Shown here: positions 26,032 to 40,122 of the stretch, piece by piece
Numbering within the stretch: the first letter of the stretch is position 1
Layout of the letters: each line of letters starts with the position of its first letter
DNA from: Octopus vulgaris
Taxonomy: Eukaryota
Length of the DNA: 64,000 nt
Direction of reading: 5' to 3'
Assembly: GCA_951406725.2 (NCBI GenBank)
Contig: OX597817.1
Location: 160,394,001 to 160,458,000, forward strand
The notes under the pieces: generated by a model
Databases searched by the model: none
The model's input: only the letters and a program-made list of their open reading frames with translations
Told to the model about the DNA's origin: nothing
Position numbers and translations under genes: made by a program

Positions 26032-26446
26032 AACGTAAGGGGGATCAGCCATCTGAATGTGGCTAGGGACAGGGCGGGGTGGTAGGGGTGTTACTGATGC
26101 TTTTAGCCCCAGGCGATCATCAACGTCACCAGAAGGACTGACACCATATCGGTGTCCTCGTTTGCCTGTAAAGGGAGGTTATCCTCCCCGAAGATACGGA
26201 TGCTACATACGGACCGGTTTCGAGGTCATTGCCTCTTATCAACGCATGGTAAGCACCGTTCCTCGATGAAGGATTCCCTCTACAGGCAAAAGTATATAAG
26301 ACTTTTCACAGTAACTACAGTCACTGATGTAGAAAAGTCGTCCGAAAACAATAATAAATCTCTTAACGAAATATAAACAGTAACTGCTCGACAACGTAAG
26401 GGGGATCTAGCCATCTGAACGTGGCTAAGGACAGGGTGGGGTGGTA
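26032..26446 (-). mobile_element. Retrozyme-like or Penelope pLTR-like element: 361-bp monomer with about 54-bp terminal redundancy
   Basis: Direct repeats at 26032-26084 and 26393-26446, an internal hammerhead, many hairpins, flanked by TA arrays. Confidence 0.7.
26206..26248 (-). ncRNA. Type I hammerhead ribozyme, U3-A8 core variant
   Basis: CAUGCG-UUGAUAA-GAGG-CAAUGA-CCUC-GAAA-CCGG-U-C-CGUAUG. GUC site, palindromic stem III, stem I extended by ACGG-UGCU / AGCA-U-CCGU. Confidence 0.8.
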
Positions 26447-26458
26447 TATGCTTTTATA

Positions 26459-26540
<82 letters not shown>

Positions 26541-26911
26541 AAACACCTTTTATCAATTCAATAATGAAAAATTAAATTATACCATTTAGAAAGATTACAT
26601 ATTATAGAAAGATTAAATATAAGATAAAACATATAACGATGATTAAGTAATGTGCAAAATGATAAATAAAACGTATATATTTGGAAGAATAACGGCACGT
26701 GTTTCGTGGCTATATTTAAGAAATGATAATAGTAAAAATAATAGTAGTAGTAGTAAAATCACTTCAATATAAATATAGCCACTCTTCAGGTTAAAGATAA
26801 CAACAGTAATAAAATAGTTAATTAGATAAATTAATATATATTCCTAAATAATCTTGTAAAATATGAAATATCTTGACAAATATATTCTTGTTTAATAAGA
26901 TACAATTAATT

Positions 26912-26949
<38 letters not shown>

Positions 26950-27732
26950 TACATTAAGTGAAAACTAAATACTACAATTTAAATTATATACATTAAATCA
27001 AATTATTAATTAATTAATTTATTTATTTGATAAACACCCCAAATAAAGTCTCATAACCATTAAGTAATTTATACTAAAAACCTTAATGTTTAGTAATATA
27101 CATAATGCTAGTACAAGCTATAAATACTGGGATCAAAAATTGGAAATGGTTCAAATATACACACACCCATTGGATAAAATTAACTATATTATTAATATAT
27201 ATGTAGTATCTATAGATTTAATATTTCACTCAATATTATAGTTGACCAAAATATCAATTAATATAAAACTAATTTACTTAAATGTAATACTACGTAATAA
27301 ATATACGACCTAATTATTAAATAATGTATTGTCTTACAAAACTAATTCTCAAATTAAATTATAGGTTATACGTTCAATCACATTATAAAAATAATAATAA
27401 CGCATACTAAATAAATAGATATCATAACTAATAACTATCAAGAAACTATATATAAAATTATTATTTCAACAACAACAACAACAACAATAGCAATAATAAT
27501 AATAATAATAAAACCCAATACAATTCAAAAGCCAAATAATATTGATGAACAAAAAACGTTACTTAGCTTGTCGATGAAAATAATATAACTGAATTTTAAA
27601 CATAAAAAAGTAGGTCTTAGCGTATATATATATATATATATATGTGTGTTAGAAAAAAACACCTTTTATCAATTCAAAAATGAAAATTAAATTATACCAT
27701 TTAGAAAAATTACATCTTATAGAAAGATGAAA

Positions 27733-28100
27733 TCTCTCTATATATAAACGGCAGTTTGTCTGTGTGTGTTTCTGTGAGTCTGTTAGGTTGTACCCTCACC
27801 CTGACCACGGCTTTCAACCGATTCTGATGAAACTTGACACACACATAGCCCAATGTCATAATTCAAAACTAACGCAGCAAAAATTTTGAAAAGTTCCCCC
27901 AGTTCTGAAAAACATCGATAAATTCGACATGGAGTCGAGAATCAGAAACACAAACCACAGACTGTCTAGGGGACGCAACTCGACCTTTTTAACTAAAAAA
28001 TTTACCATCATTTTTTTTCCATTTTTTGGCTATAACTCTCTAAAAATGCTTTATAGTTATTTCTCTTACAAACCCGAGCAACGCCGGGTGATACTGCTAG
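27733..28100 (+). mobile_element. Non-autonomous Helitron
   Basis: 5'-TC start, subterminal CCCG..CGGG hairpin, CTAG-3' end. Inserted between A and T with no TSD; the empty site is visible in the paralogous repeat near 26617. Confidence 0.9.
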
Positions 28101-28176
28101 TATAATATAAAACATATAACAATGATTAAGTAATGTGCAAAATAATAAATGAAACGTATATACTTTGTAGAATATG

Positions 28177-28272
28177 TAACGACGTGTTTCGTGGCTATAT
28201 TTAAGAAATGATAATAGTAATAATAATAGTAGTAAAATCACTTCAATATAAATATAGTCAATCTTCAGGTTA
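28177..28272 (-). ncRNA. Type I hammerhead of the long-stem-II family with intact GUC site
   Basis: UAAC-CUGAAGA-UUGACUAUAUUUA..UAAAUAUAGCCAC-GAAA-CACG-U-C-GUUA. The base of stem II is mutated. Confidence 0.75.
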
Positions 28273-28428
28273 AAGATAACAACAATAAAATAATTGATTA
28301 GATAAATTAATAAATATACGTAAATAATCTTGTAAAATACGAAATATCTTAACAAATACATTCTTGTTTAAATAAAAAAATAAGATACAATTAATTAAAT
28401 TGATTTGACAAAAGGTGGATATTTTCTA

Positions 28429-28495
<67 letters not shown>

Positions 28496-28566
28496 TTTGT
28501 GAAATTTGATTTAGTATTTCTAAATTGAATTTTTCCCTGTAAGTTTGGAATAATATTCCCTCATAT

Positions 28567-28663
<97 letters not shown>

Positions 28664-28924
28664 ACACGCATTTATATGTGTCTGTACGTGTAACTTGACA
28701 CTGGTTATTATGAAATATTTCATGATTTTTTTTCTTAATCTTTAAATATTTCGAACACGAAAGTGTTGTAATTCAGTCTTTGATTTAAAACACATTTAAA
28801 AGATAAACTTGCAAATATCTATGTTTAGCTATCATATATATGTGTGTGTGACTGTGTGTACACACACACACACACACACGCACACATACATATATTTACA
28901 TACAAACGTACTTATAGATATAGG

Positions 28925-29003
<79 letters not shown>

Positions 29004-29022
29004 GCTTGTATATATATATATA

Positions 29023-29252
29023 CGGTAATCCCTCACCATATCGGTGTACACCTATCGCGATTCACTTATCGCGGCTTATTATTTAAGCCTACGTCGATTC
29101 CTCTGTGGTGTTCTTTTGCATTTATAATAAAATAAATATATACAAATTAAATAAAATTTAAAAAATATGCAATACGGTACTGTTTTTACTTCGCGGAATT
29201 TCACCTATCGCGGGGGTTTTGGAATGTAACATCCGAGATCGTCGAGTGATTA

Positions 29253-29255
<3 letters not shown>
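29023..29255. mobile_element. pogo/Tigger-like MITE in (TA)n
   Basis: TA-CGGTAATCCCTC...GAGTGATTACTG-TA terminal inverted repeats. Confidence 0.8.
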
Positions 29256-29305
<50 letters not shown>

Positions 29306-29329
29306 CAATACACATACATGCATTAATTT

Positions 29330-29368
<39 letters not shown>

Positions 29369-29545
29369 TACATACATATACACGCATTCATTTATACATA
29401 TATATATGTATATATATATATATATATATTATATTAAATTAGAGATAAAACCACTATTAGGCAAATCAAACAATGAAAAACTTAAGCCAATACATAAAAT
29501 TAATTAATTTATATTATTTTAAATATATATCAAAAGTATGAAAAA

Positions 29546-29672
<127 letters not shown>

Positions 29673-29896
29673 GTGTGTGTGTGTGTACGTGTGTGCATGT
29701 GTGTTTGTGTGTGTATGTTTACAGTGGGGCCTTATTTACGAACGTAATCCATTCCGGAGCCGTGTTCATTAAGCAAGCAGTTCGTTCCACGAATATTAGA
29801 AATATAAAAAGGGGAATCCGTTCCAAACGTCAACCAAACGGCACATAAAGGCGTGAAATGAATGTTTTATTTGTCCATCCACCTATACATAAACGT

Positions 29897-29975
<79 letters not shown>

Positions 29976-31138
29976 GCTTTGTCTTCTATCTGTTGGTCAA
30001 CGGTTATGTTTTCATAAAAAAATATGAGAAATATTATGTTCTTATGTGTCTTCTACTATAGCCTCAGGCCTACCGAAGCCTTGTGAGTGGATTTGGTAGA
30101 CAGAAACTGAAAGAAGCCCATCGTATATATGTATATATATATGTCTGTGAAGCTCGTCGTGGAATCGATTTTTGTAATTTTTTCAAGACTTATACACGCC
30201 CTGATACCGTCGGTATCTGCATATCAAATTTGAGCGCAATCGGATGGAGGTTGCTCGAGATCCTAGAAGACACACACACACACAGACCGACAGAATGGAT
30301 TTTATATAATATATATATATATACTATACATTTTCAGCTTCATTTATTTCTTCATATACTTATATATAGTGGGGTATGCATATACGAATGGTTCTCAATA
30401 CGAAAATATTAGATTACCAACGGTTTTTCTAGAGAGAATTAAACTCGCCTAACGAGCTGAAATTTGATTAACGAACTACAAGCAGACTATGTACATGTAT
30501 TTACGACTGGGAGCCCATTCGCTGAACAAGCTAAAACTTGAAAACAAGCTAAGTAAACTAAGCACACTTAGACGTGCTGTGAGCACAAATTATATGGCGA
30601 AGAGTTTTACTGACGATAATCATATTCAAACAACGAACTGAAATTTGAACGACAGAGCGCGAGAAGACTACGTACGCATGTAAGTACAGAGAGAGAGAGA
30701 GAGAGTACGAACAGTTCGTTAAATTCTCTGTACGCTTTTCATGTAGTTTTTAAATTGTTTTCTAGTCTAGTTTCTAACTGTTGAAGGATTAAACGTCTTA
30801 TTAAACCTTTTCCTGTAAAACAATTTTTTATTTTAGAAAAATTTAAAGTGTGAACATTTTGTTGAATACTTTTTTCTGTAAAATAAGGAATTTCTTTCCC
30901 ATTTAAATACTCTTTACTCTTTTACTTGTTTCAGTCATTTGACTGTGGTCATGCTGGAGCACCGCCTTTAGTCCAGCAAATCGACCCCAGGACTTATTCT
31001 TTGTAAGCCTAATACTTATTCTATCGGTCTCTTTTGACCGAACCGCTAAGTTACGGGGACGTAAACACACCAGCATCGGTTGTCAAGCGACGTTGGGGGG
31101 GGGGGGAGAAACACAGACACAAAAACATATACACACAC

Positions 31139-31959
<821 letters not shown>

Positions 31960-32189
31960 TATGCATATATACATACATATATGTACATACCTACATATAT
32001 ATGTATATATACATGCATATATGGGTACAGGACATAAATAAACGTAGACACCATGAGAAACGAAAACATAAAAACGAAAACAGAAAACGAACTTTTTTCG
32101 AACAACGAAAACAACAAACGAGACGTGCAACCTAAAGAACATTCCCTTCATAAGCTGTCCCCAGTTTTATCTACTCCGCGCTTCATATA

Positions 32190-32586
32190 TCTTTATATAT
32201 AAAAGTGAAGTTGTGTGTCTGTCTCCTACGATTTAGATTCCTAACTACTCCCACATTTTGCGGTGCAGTTTAACCAAAACCGGGTATCTTATAGTCGTGA
32301 TTCATATCGAGCCCTTCTGGATATTAGCGCGCGTCTACGATGAGTCTACGATTTAAAAAAAAATTACCATCATTTTTTTCCATTTTAATGCATTTTTTCG
32401 CTATTATATAAGGGAAGTAACTCTCTAAAAATGTCTACGATGAGTCAACGATTTAAAAAAAAATTTACCATCATTTCTTTTCCATTTTTAATGCATTTTT
32501 TTGCTATTTTTTGGCTATAACTCTCTAAAAATGCTTATATAGTTATTTCCCTTACAAACCCGAGCAACGCCGGGCGATACTGCTAG
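32190..32586 (+). mobile_element. Non-autonomous Helitron
   Basis: A|TCTTTATATATAAAA...CCCGAGCAACGCCGGG..CTAG|T. The 3' about 100 bp is shared with 27733-28100; internal about 65-bp duplication. Confidence 0.88.
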
Positions 32587-32746
32587 TATTATATATATTT
32601 CGTTTTGGGATTTGGTTTGCAAGATTCTTTATGCGAGTTCGTGTGTTGAAACATATTCTGTTGTGTCTGGGGAGAGTCATTATCTTTTAGTGCCTTATTA
32701 TTTAACACACTCACCGGTAAAATTTCCACTCGTTTGCTTTTTCTTT

Positions 32747-32783
32747 CTAAAATTTTCGTTGCGTCTTGCAACCTTTTCAATAG
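32747..32783 (-). ncRNA. Minimal type I hammerhead, U3-A8 variant, within an insert at about 32598-32830
   Basis: CUA-UUGAAAA-G-GUUGC-AAGAC-GCAAC-GAAA-AU-U-U-UAG. Confidence 0.55.
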
Positions 32784-32867
32784 TTGTCGACTCTGTCCAT
32801 TATTGAAGCTGCGTTCTTTTTGTTTGTTTGTGCGCATGTGTGTGGTTCAGTGTGTGTGTGCATGCAC

Positions 32868-33580
32868 ATGTATGTATGCATGTATGTATGTATGTATGTA
32901 TGTATGTATGCATGTATGTATGTATGTATGTATGCATGCATGTATGTATGTATGTATGTATGTATGTATGTATGTATGTATGTATGTATGTATGCATGTA
33001 TGTATGTATGTATGTATGTATGCATGTATGTATGTATGCATGCATGTATGTATGTATGTATGTATGTATGTATGTATGTATGTATGTACGTATGCATGCA
33101 TGTATGTATGTATGTATGTATGTATGTATGTATGTATGCATGTATGTATGTATGTATGTATGTATTTATGTATGTATGTATGTATGTATGCATGCATGTA
33201 TGTATGTATCTATGCATGTATGTATGTATGTATGTATGTATGCATGCATGTATGTATGTATGTATGTATGTATGTATGTATGTATGTATGTATGTATGTA
33301 TGTATGTATTTACGTATGTATGTATGCATGCATGTATGTATGTATGTATGTATGTATGTATGTATGTATTTACGTATGTATGTATGTATGTATGTATGTA
33401 TGTATGTATGTATGTATGTATGTATGTATGTATGTATTTACGTATGTATGTATGCATGTATGTATGTATGTATGTATGTATGCATGCATGTATGTATGCA
33501 TGCATGCCTATATGCATGTATGTGTGTGTGTGTGCGTATGTATATGTATGTATGTGTGTACGTTTGTATGTATGTATGTA
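32868..33580. repeat. (TATG)n satellite-scale microsatellite
   Basis: Direct reading. Confidence 0.97.
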
Positions 33581-33710
33581 TTCTGCCTGCATATTCATGT
33601 GTTAGTGTATCCGTGTTTGTGTGTGTGTGTATGTGTGTGTGGTCTTTTTTTGCAACTATGTACTGTATCTGTATATATGGACGAGTGTCTCCATATATGT
33701 CCTTGTGTGA

Positions 33711-33747
<37 letters not shown>

Positions 33748-35146
33748 GGTCGTGTGTTTCAGTCTTCATTTATGTATGTGTGTATGTGTGCTTGTCTATT
33801 CATATAACCTATGCACCTATCCGTCTGTATGTCTAGCTGTTTACATTCATATCCATATACCTACATACATTACGTTCTGAGTTCAAATTCCACCGAGGTC
33901 GACTTTGCTTTTCCTCCTTTCGCGGTCGATAAATTAAGTACCAGTTGCGTAGTGGGGTCGGTCTAATCGACAGGTCTCCTCCCCAAAAATTTCGGACCCT
34001 TGTACCTAGAGCAGAAAAGAATTTTCACGCATTATTTCTTCATTTAACATTAACGTGAATCCACGTTAATCCTATAAGATTTACTTATTCCAGCCCCTGG
34101 TGCCCCAGCATGGTCACAATATGCTAGAACACCACCGTTGCTTATATACTTTTAGATTTGCGTCCTCACTAGAAGAACTGCGTTGTTTTCCACGCCCAGT
34201 ATCCTTTCAAACATACTCCTATTAAGCTGAGCCATTGCTGGAGTGTTAATGAAGACGCTGGAAATGCTAGAAATAGTAGCCAAATACTCATCCGCTCCCA
34301 CTGAAATATCCAGTCCCTGTTATGGTGTGGTGTGACTATGGAGATCTATGCCAACGGAGCGCAAGCTCATGGTAGGGACTCCTACGCCGGACAGATCAAA
34401 AGATTAAAAAAAAAAAGGTGAAGTTACCGTCTCCAATCAAACTGACTCCTAAGGACCGGTTTCCTGGTTTCCAGGGCCTATAAATACCCCACCTGAACGG
34501 GACGCCGGTTCTTAGCAGGATTACTCATTTTTACCAGCAACGTGAAATGAAGTGTTTTGCTCAAGAAAACAACGCATAGCCTGATCCAAGAATCGAAACC
34601 ACAATCTTACGATCATTAGTCCAACACCCTAACCACTAAGCCACGTGCCTCCACAGGTCGAACGATAGAGACCAGACAAATAGGAATCACAGCTTCCCAA
34701 AGGGATCAATGGGTTTGATAGGTCCAACACCCCTACATAAGAGAAAGCAAAATTATAGTAGCCCCTATAAGAATAAAAAACTAACAAGACTTGAGAGATG
34801 CGGAAAAAGGGAGTCCAGAATCGAGAACGCTGGACTAAACTCGTCGATGGCCCACCTTCTTCCGGGAGCGAAGAGGGTTACAGTTAAAAAGTAGAATCTT
34901 CTTTTGCTTGGAGTTAAGCATCAAGGAAAAAATAGAACGTAAAAAAACTCTATCATGGCAGAATCCTGGCTTTTTAGATTCCTGATTGCGTGTTCCAAGT
35001 AATAACATCTGCTGTTTCAGCTTACCTGAGAACTTTCTTTATAAAAGTACACCTTGGAGTTCGTACGGTAAAAAAGAACGCTGATACATATAAGTTACAT
35101 ATATACATAGACACATACGCATGAGCGCGCACGTACACACACAATC

Positions 35147-35190
<44 letters not shown>

Positions 35191-35221
35191 GTGTACATGT
35201 ATATTTATAAATATAGTTTCT

Positions 35222-35329
<108 letters not shown>

Positions 35330-35750
35330 GCATGTTATGTTCGTATATATTTAGATAGATAGAGAGAGAAGTAACAGTATCAGCTATCAGATGCGTAAGG
35401 TGTCTGCAAATCAAAACAAAAAAAAGAGAAAAAGTACTCAATGCGTTTAAGGATAGAGTGTGTTATGTTACAAAGATTACTTATAACTTGCATAAAAGTT
35501 TCATCGGTAACAATGTAGCTACATCCAGAATCATTATATATATATATAATAAATGCGCCCTTTTAAAGCCTATCCAGGCTCATGGGCCCGGTTTCCCGGT
35601 TTCTATGGCGTATGTGTTCCCCAGCTGAATGGGACGCCAGTCCATCGCAGCGTTACTCATTTTTGCCAGCTGAGTGGACTGGAGCAACGTGAAACGAAGT
35701 GTTTTGCTCAAGAACAGAACGTGTCGCCCGGTTCAGGAATCGAAACCACC

Positions 35751-36435
35751 AAGTTTGGAGATGGTCAAACGAATGGGACCTGTGTCTGAATGTGTCAAAG
35801 TGCTGTCATCTGCCTGTTGGCTCCTCTCTTGCAACTCAACTTGATTTCGAGCCGGGTCGTCTGCTGCCGGAGAAGACCGACCAAGTAAAGTACCTGGGTA
35901 TCTTGGTGGATTCTTTCTTTTCGCCTTCGGCCCAATGCGTCCATGTTGCCAACAAAGCACGCGGAGTTCTGTTCTTGATTCGACGGTCATTCGGAATGCT
36001 CACAGCAGCCATATTCCTACAGCTCTATGTCACGCTGGTGAGACCCATATTGGAGTACGGGATTCAAGCCTCTTCTCCTTATCTCCTCAAAGACATACAT
36101 CATCTCGAAAGAGTCCAGAAGCTGGCTACCGCATGGTTCTAGGTCTCAAGCATTTGTCTTATGAAGAAAGGCTAAAAATGCTCGACCTTTATTCTCTCGA
36201 AAAACGACGACGCCGTGGTGATCTCATTCTTGCTCACAACATCATAAGCGGAAAGTGTAACCTTTCGAAAGAGCTGTTCTTCACTCCTGCTCCAGAGCGT
36301 GGGCTGCGTGGTCGCTCCGAAAAGCTCTATCTACGACGATTTCATCTCAATCGAAGGAAAGGGGCTTTCTCCGTCCGGGTTGCGGATCCGTGGACTAAGC
36401 TGCCAGACGAGATAGTGAAGATGCCGACGACCGAC
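35751..36435 (+). pseudogene. CR1-type LINE ORF2 C-terminal fragment (RT thumb region)
   Basis: WDLCLNVSKCCHL..VKYLGILVD..LYVTLVRPILEYG..LERVQKLAT / LSYEERLKMLDLYSLEKRRRRGDLI..FSVRVADPWTKLP, with one frameshift near 36130. Confidence 0.92.
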
Positions 36436-36726
36436 AGGAAAGAAAAGTGCCTTTAAGCAGTAGAAAAAAAAATGTAAGGTGCAGTTATGTACAGGTTGAC
36501 GGAATAAAAGCAGGACAAAAACGGCTTTATCGATCGCATTCTCACCTGGAATCGATTTTTGTAATTTTTTCAAGACTTATACACGCCCTGATACCGTCGG
36601 TATCTACATAACAAATTTGAGCGCAATCGGATGGAGGATGCCCGACATCCTAGAAGACAAACACACAGACAGAACGGATTTCATATAATAGATGTATATG
36701 TGTGTACATATCTATCTAAACATACA

Positions 36727-36826
<100 letters not shown>

Positions 36827-37439
36827 CGTGTGTGTGTGTTTGCGTGCGTGTGTGTATGCACGATTGTATTCATGTATGTTTATCTTTGCGTTTATATATT
36901 TCTCTCTTACCGCTTGACAATCGGGTGTTAGTATGTTTATGGCCTGATAAATTAACAGGTTCAGCCATAGAGACCGAATGTATGAGTACCAGACGTAAAT
37001 AATCTCAAGTATTAGGGGTGGATTTGTTCGACTGAGATCTTCCAGTGTAGTGCCCCAGCTTGGCCGCAGTCCAGTGAATGAAACAAGTAGCACTGAGACT
37101 AAAGCTAAAATTAAAACCAAACCATATTGATAAACAAGTAAACAAATATATTTACTCATAACATTGGTATGAGGAAGGAGAAATGTATCATAAGGCTACG
37201 CAACTTTGAAAACATGAAGAAGATTGTTAAAAGTATACGCTAAAGGAATAGTGAGGCGGGTGGGCTGTGTATATTGAACCTCCACCCCGACTCTGAGCCG
37301 AGGAGGTTGCTCCCTCCTACCCAACCCTCGCTCGCCACTATTTTCTGTTTACTATTTACCAATCCTCCTCACCAACCGTCAGTTCGGAAATAACGTTTAA
37401 TGGAGACCAAATGTGCCGTTCTAAGCCAAACGAACTTAT

Positions 37440-37522
37440 ACGTACGTACATGCATACATACATACATACATACATACATACATACATACATACATACGTA
37501 CGTACGTACATACATACATACA

Positions 37523-37556
<34 letters not shown>

Positions 37557-38297
37557 CATACATACATACATATATACATACATACATACATATATACATA
37601 CATATATAGATACATACATACATACATATATACATACATACATACATACATACATACATACATACATACATACATACGTAGGTACGTACGTACGTACATA
37701 CATACATACATACATACATACATACATACATACATACATACGTACGTACATACATACATACATACATACATACATACATGCATACATACATACGTACGTA
37801 CATACATACATACTTACCATGCATGCATACATACATACATACATACATACATACATACATACATACGTACATACATACGTACATACGTACATACATACGT
37901 ACATACAAACATACATACGTACATGCATACATACATACATACGTACATACATACATGCATACGTACATACAAACATACATACGTACATGCATACATACAT
38001 ACATATATACGTACATACATACATGCATACGTACATACATACATACATACGTACATGCATATATACATATGTACGTACATACATACATGCATACGTGCAT
38101 ACGTACATACACACATCCATACATACACATACATACATACATACATACATACATACATACATACATACATACATGCATACGTACGTACGTACATACATAC
38201 ATACATACATACATACATACATACGTACATACATACATATATACATACATACATACATACGTACGTACATACATACGTACGTACACATACACACACA

Positions 38298-38331
<34 letters not shown>

Positions 38332-38492
38332 CATACATACATACATACATACATACATACTATACCATACATACATACATACATACATACATACCATGCA
38401 TACATACATACATACGTACGAACATACATATATACATACATACATACCATGAATAGATACATACATACATACATACATACATACATACATAC
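37440..38492. repeat. About 1-kb (CATA)n array
   Basis: Direct reading; another at 47552-48110. Confidence 0.97.
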
Positions 38493-39105
38493 AAACACTT
38501 ATATACATACATGGTGTATATGTGTATTTGAGTGTGTGTGTTTGTGTGTGTGTCGGTGCGCTTGTTTGTATGTTTTATTTTTAAGTTTGCGACAAAAAAA
38601 AACTGAAGTTAACTTGATGTATTGTTAATTGTGGTAGAGATATAGATCGTAATGCTAGCGTACGTGGTGATGTTGTTCTCGTTGCTGTTGTTGTTGTATA
38701 GTTCCAGACCAGTTCTGATCGGTTGATTTGGATGCTTGAATCATCAAGGAGACTAAAATTCCGGACACTAAAATTCTAACCGACTACGAGTGAATAGATC
38801 CGAAGTCCTGGCCTTGCTAATAACAATCATCCAAATCTGTTCGTTGAAGGTCGATCTGGAGCTAAACAAATACAGCAGCAGCGGCAGCAGCGGCAGCAGC
38901 GGCAGCAACCATCCAAGAATTTGGACCTGGAGATCTCCATTTCTAGCCACATCGAGGCCCACCTCCCCAGTGGTGTTGGGCGTCAACGAAGAGCCCTCGA
39001 TTACAACAAGACGACCAAAGTTTTTTTTTTTTTTCAAGGTTTGGGGGTCTCCTGCCCCCTAAGCCCTAGACCATCACCTAATCACCCTTACCCGTCTTGT
39101 TGCTT

Positions 39106-39136
<31 letters not shown>

Positions 39137-39309
39137 GCAGCAGCAGCAGCAGCAACGAGAACAGCAACAATAATAACAACAACAGCAACACCACCACCAT
39201 CACTAACAACCACAGTAACAACAAGAATAACAACAACAGCAGCAGCAGCAGCAGCAGCAACAACAACAACAATAAACAATAAAAACACAGCAGCAACAAC
39301 AACAACAGC

Positions 39310-39700
39310 AACATAGATACCTGGATGCTGTGTTGCTGTAGCAGTTTCTCCCTACCGTGGTGTTCAGGAGCAAGATTATTGCTGTGTATAATGATATCTT
39401 TCCGGCGATGGTAGAGAATGGCCTCATATGGGAACTGTTTAATATTCTTTTTTATTCCTTCTGATTCTTTTGGGTCGGGAGGAGTCTTTGTTGCGGAAAC
39501 ATGAGATGTTCAGGAGCATCTTCTTCGGGCTAGGATCCAAGATCGCTGTGTAAGGTGTACGTGGATGATGTCATCGTCGTGGTTTCAGATACATCGAAAA
39601 TCCAGGTGGTTAGCATCGCTTTGAATGAGTTCGAGGTAATTGCCGAAGCATTCATTAACCAGGACAAGTCCGAGTGCTTGCAACTCAGCTATGCAGACTG
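39310..39700 (+). pseudogene. Highly decayed Tx1/L1-like reverse transcriptase fragment
   Basis: HRYLDAVL..VFRSKIIAVYNDI..NGLIWELFNI..VYVDDVIVVVSD..INQDKSECL. Confidence 0.6.
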
Positions 39701-39875
39701 ACAGCAGTGTTTCAGTCTGATTCTAGCCAAGAACAAAGTCTGGATCGAGTTTCCAAGAAAGTAGTAACTGGGATGAAGTTGTGAACATGATGAACAGTCT
39801 CACTTAAAAATGAAAGGAATCTTTCCTTCAAATACGGGCAGAGGTGATGAACATTACCTCTGTAATCTATAAATG

Positions 39876-40122
39876 CGAGCTGGCAGAAACGGCGGCGAGC
39901 TGGCAGAACCGTTAGCACGCTGGGCGAAATGCATAGCCGTATTTCGTCAGCCGTTACGTTCTGAGTTCAAATTCCGCCGAGGTCGACTTTGCCTTTCATC
40001 CTTTCGGGGTCGATAAATTAAGTACCAGTTACGCACTGGGGTCGATGTAATCGACTTAATCCGTTTGTCTGTCCTTGCTTGTCCCCTCTGTGTTTAGCCC
40101 CTTGTGGGTAGTAAAGAAATAC
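39876..40122 (+). mobile_element. Family A SINE with 15-bp TSD and duplicated 5' end
   Basis: GTAATCTATAAATGC at 39862-39876 and 40123-40137. Confidence 0.9.

Larger units (their letters stand above)
25556..26918. repeat. About 388-bp near-perfect inverted repeat (25556-25943 / 26531-26918); third diverged copy at 27649-28400
   Basis: The arms are reverse complements with about four substitutions seen. The spacer is (TA)n plus a structured insert. Confidence 0.93.

Noticed and set aside
32020-32184. Repeat family (also 57651-57790) with CTGATGAAGGG / CTTATGAAGGG as a hammerhead
   Set aside because: It is probably a related insert family, but I could not close stem II with GAAA or find stems I and III in these copies.
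39078-39316. Poly-T/A/N/Q ORFs as a low-complexity protein exon
   Set aside because: A CAA/CAG microsatellite embedded in decayed retroelement sequence, with no splice or coding support.
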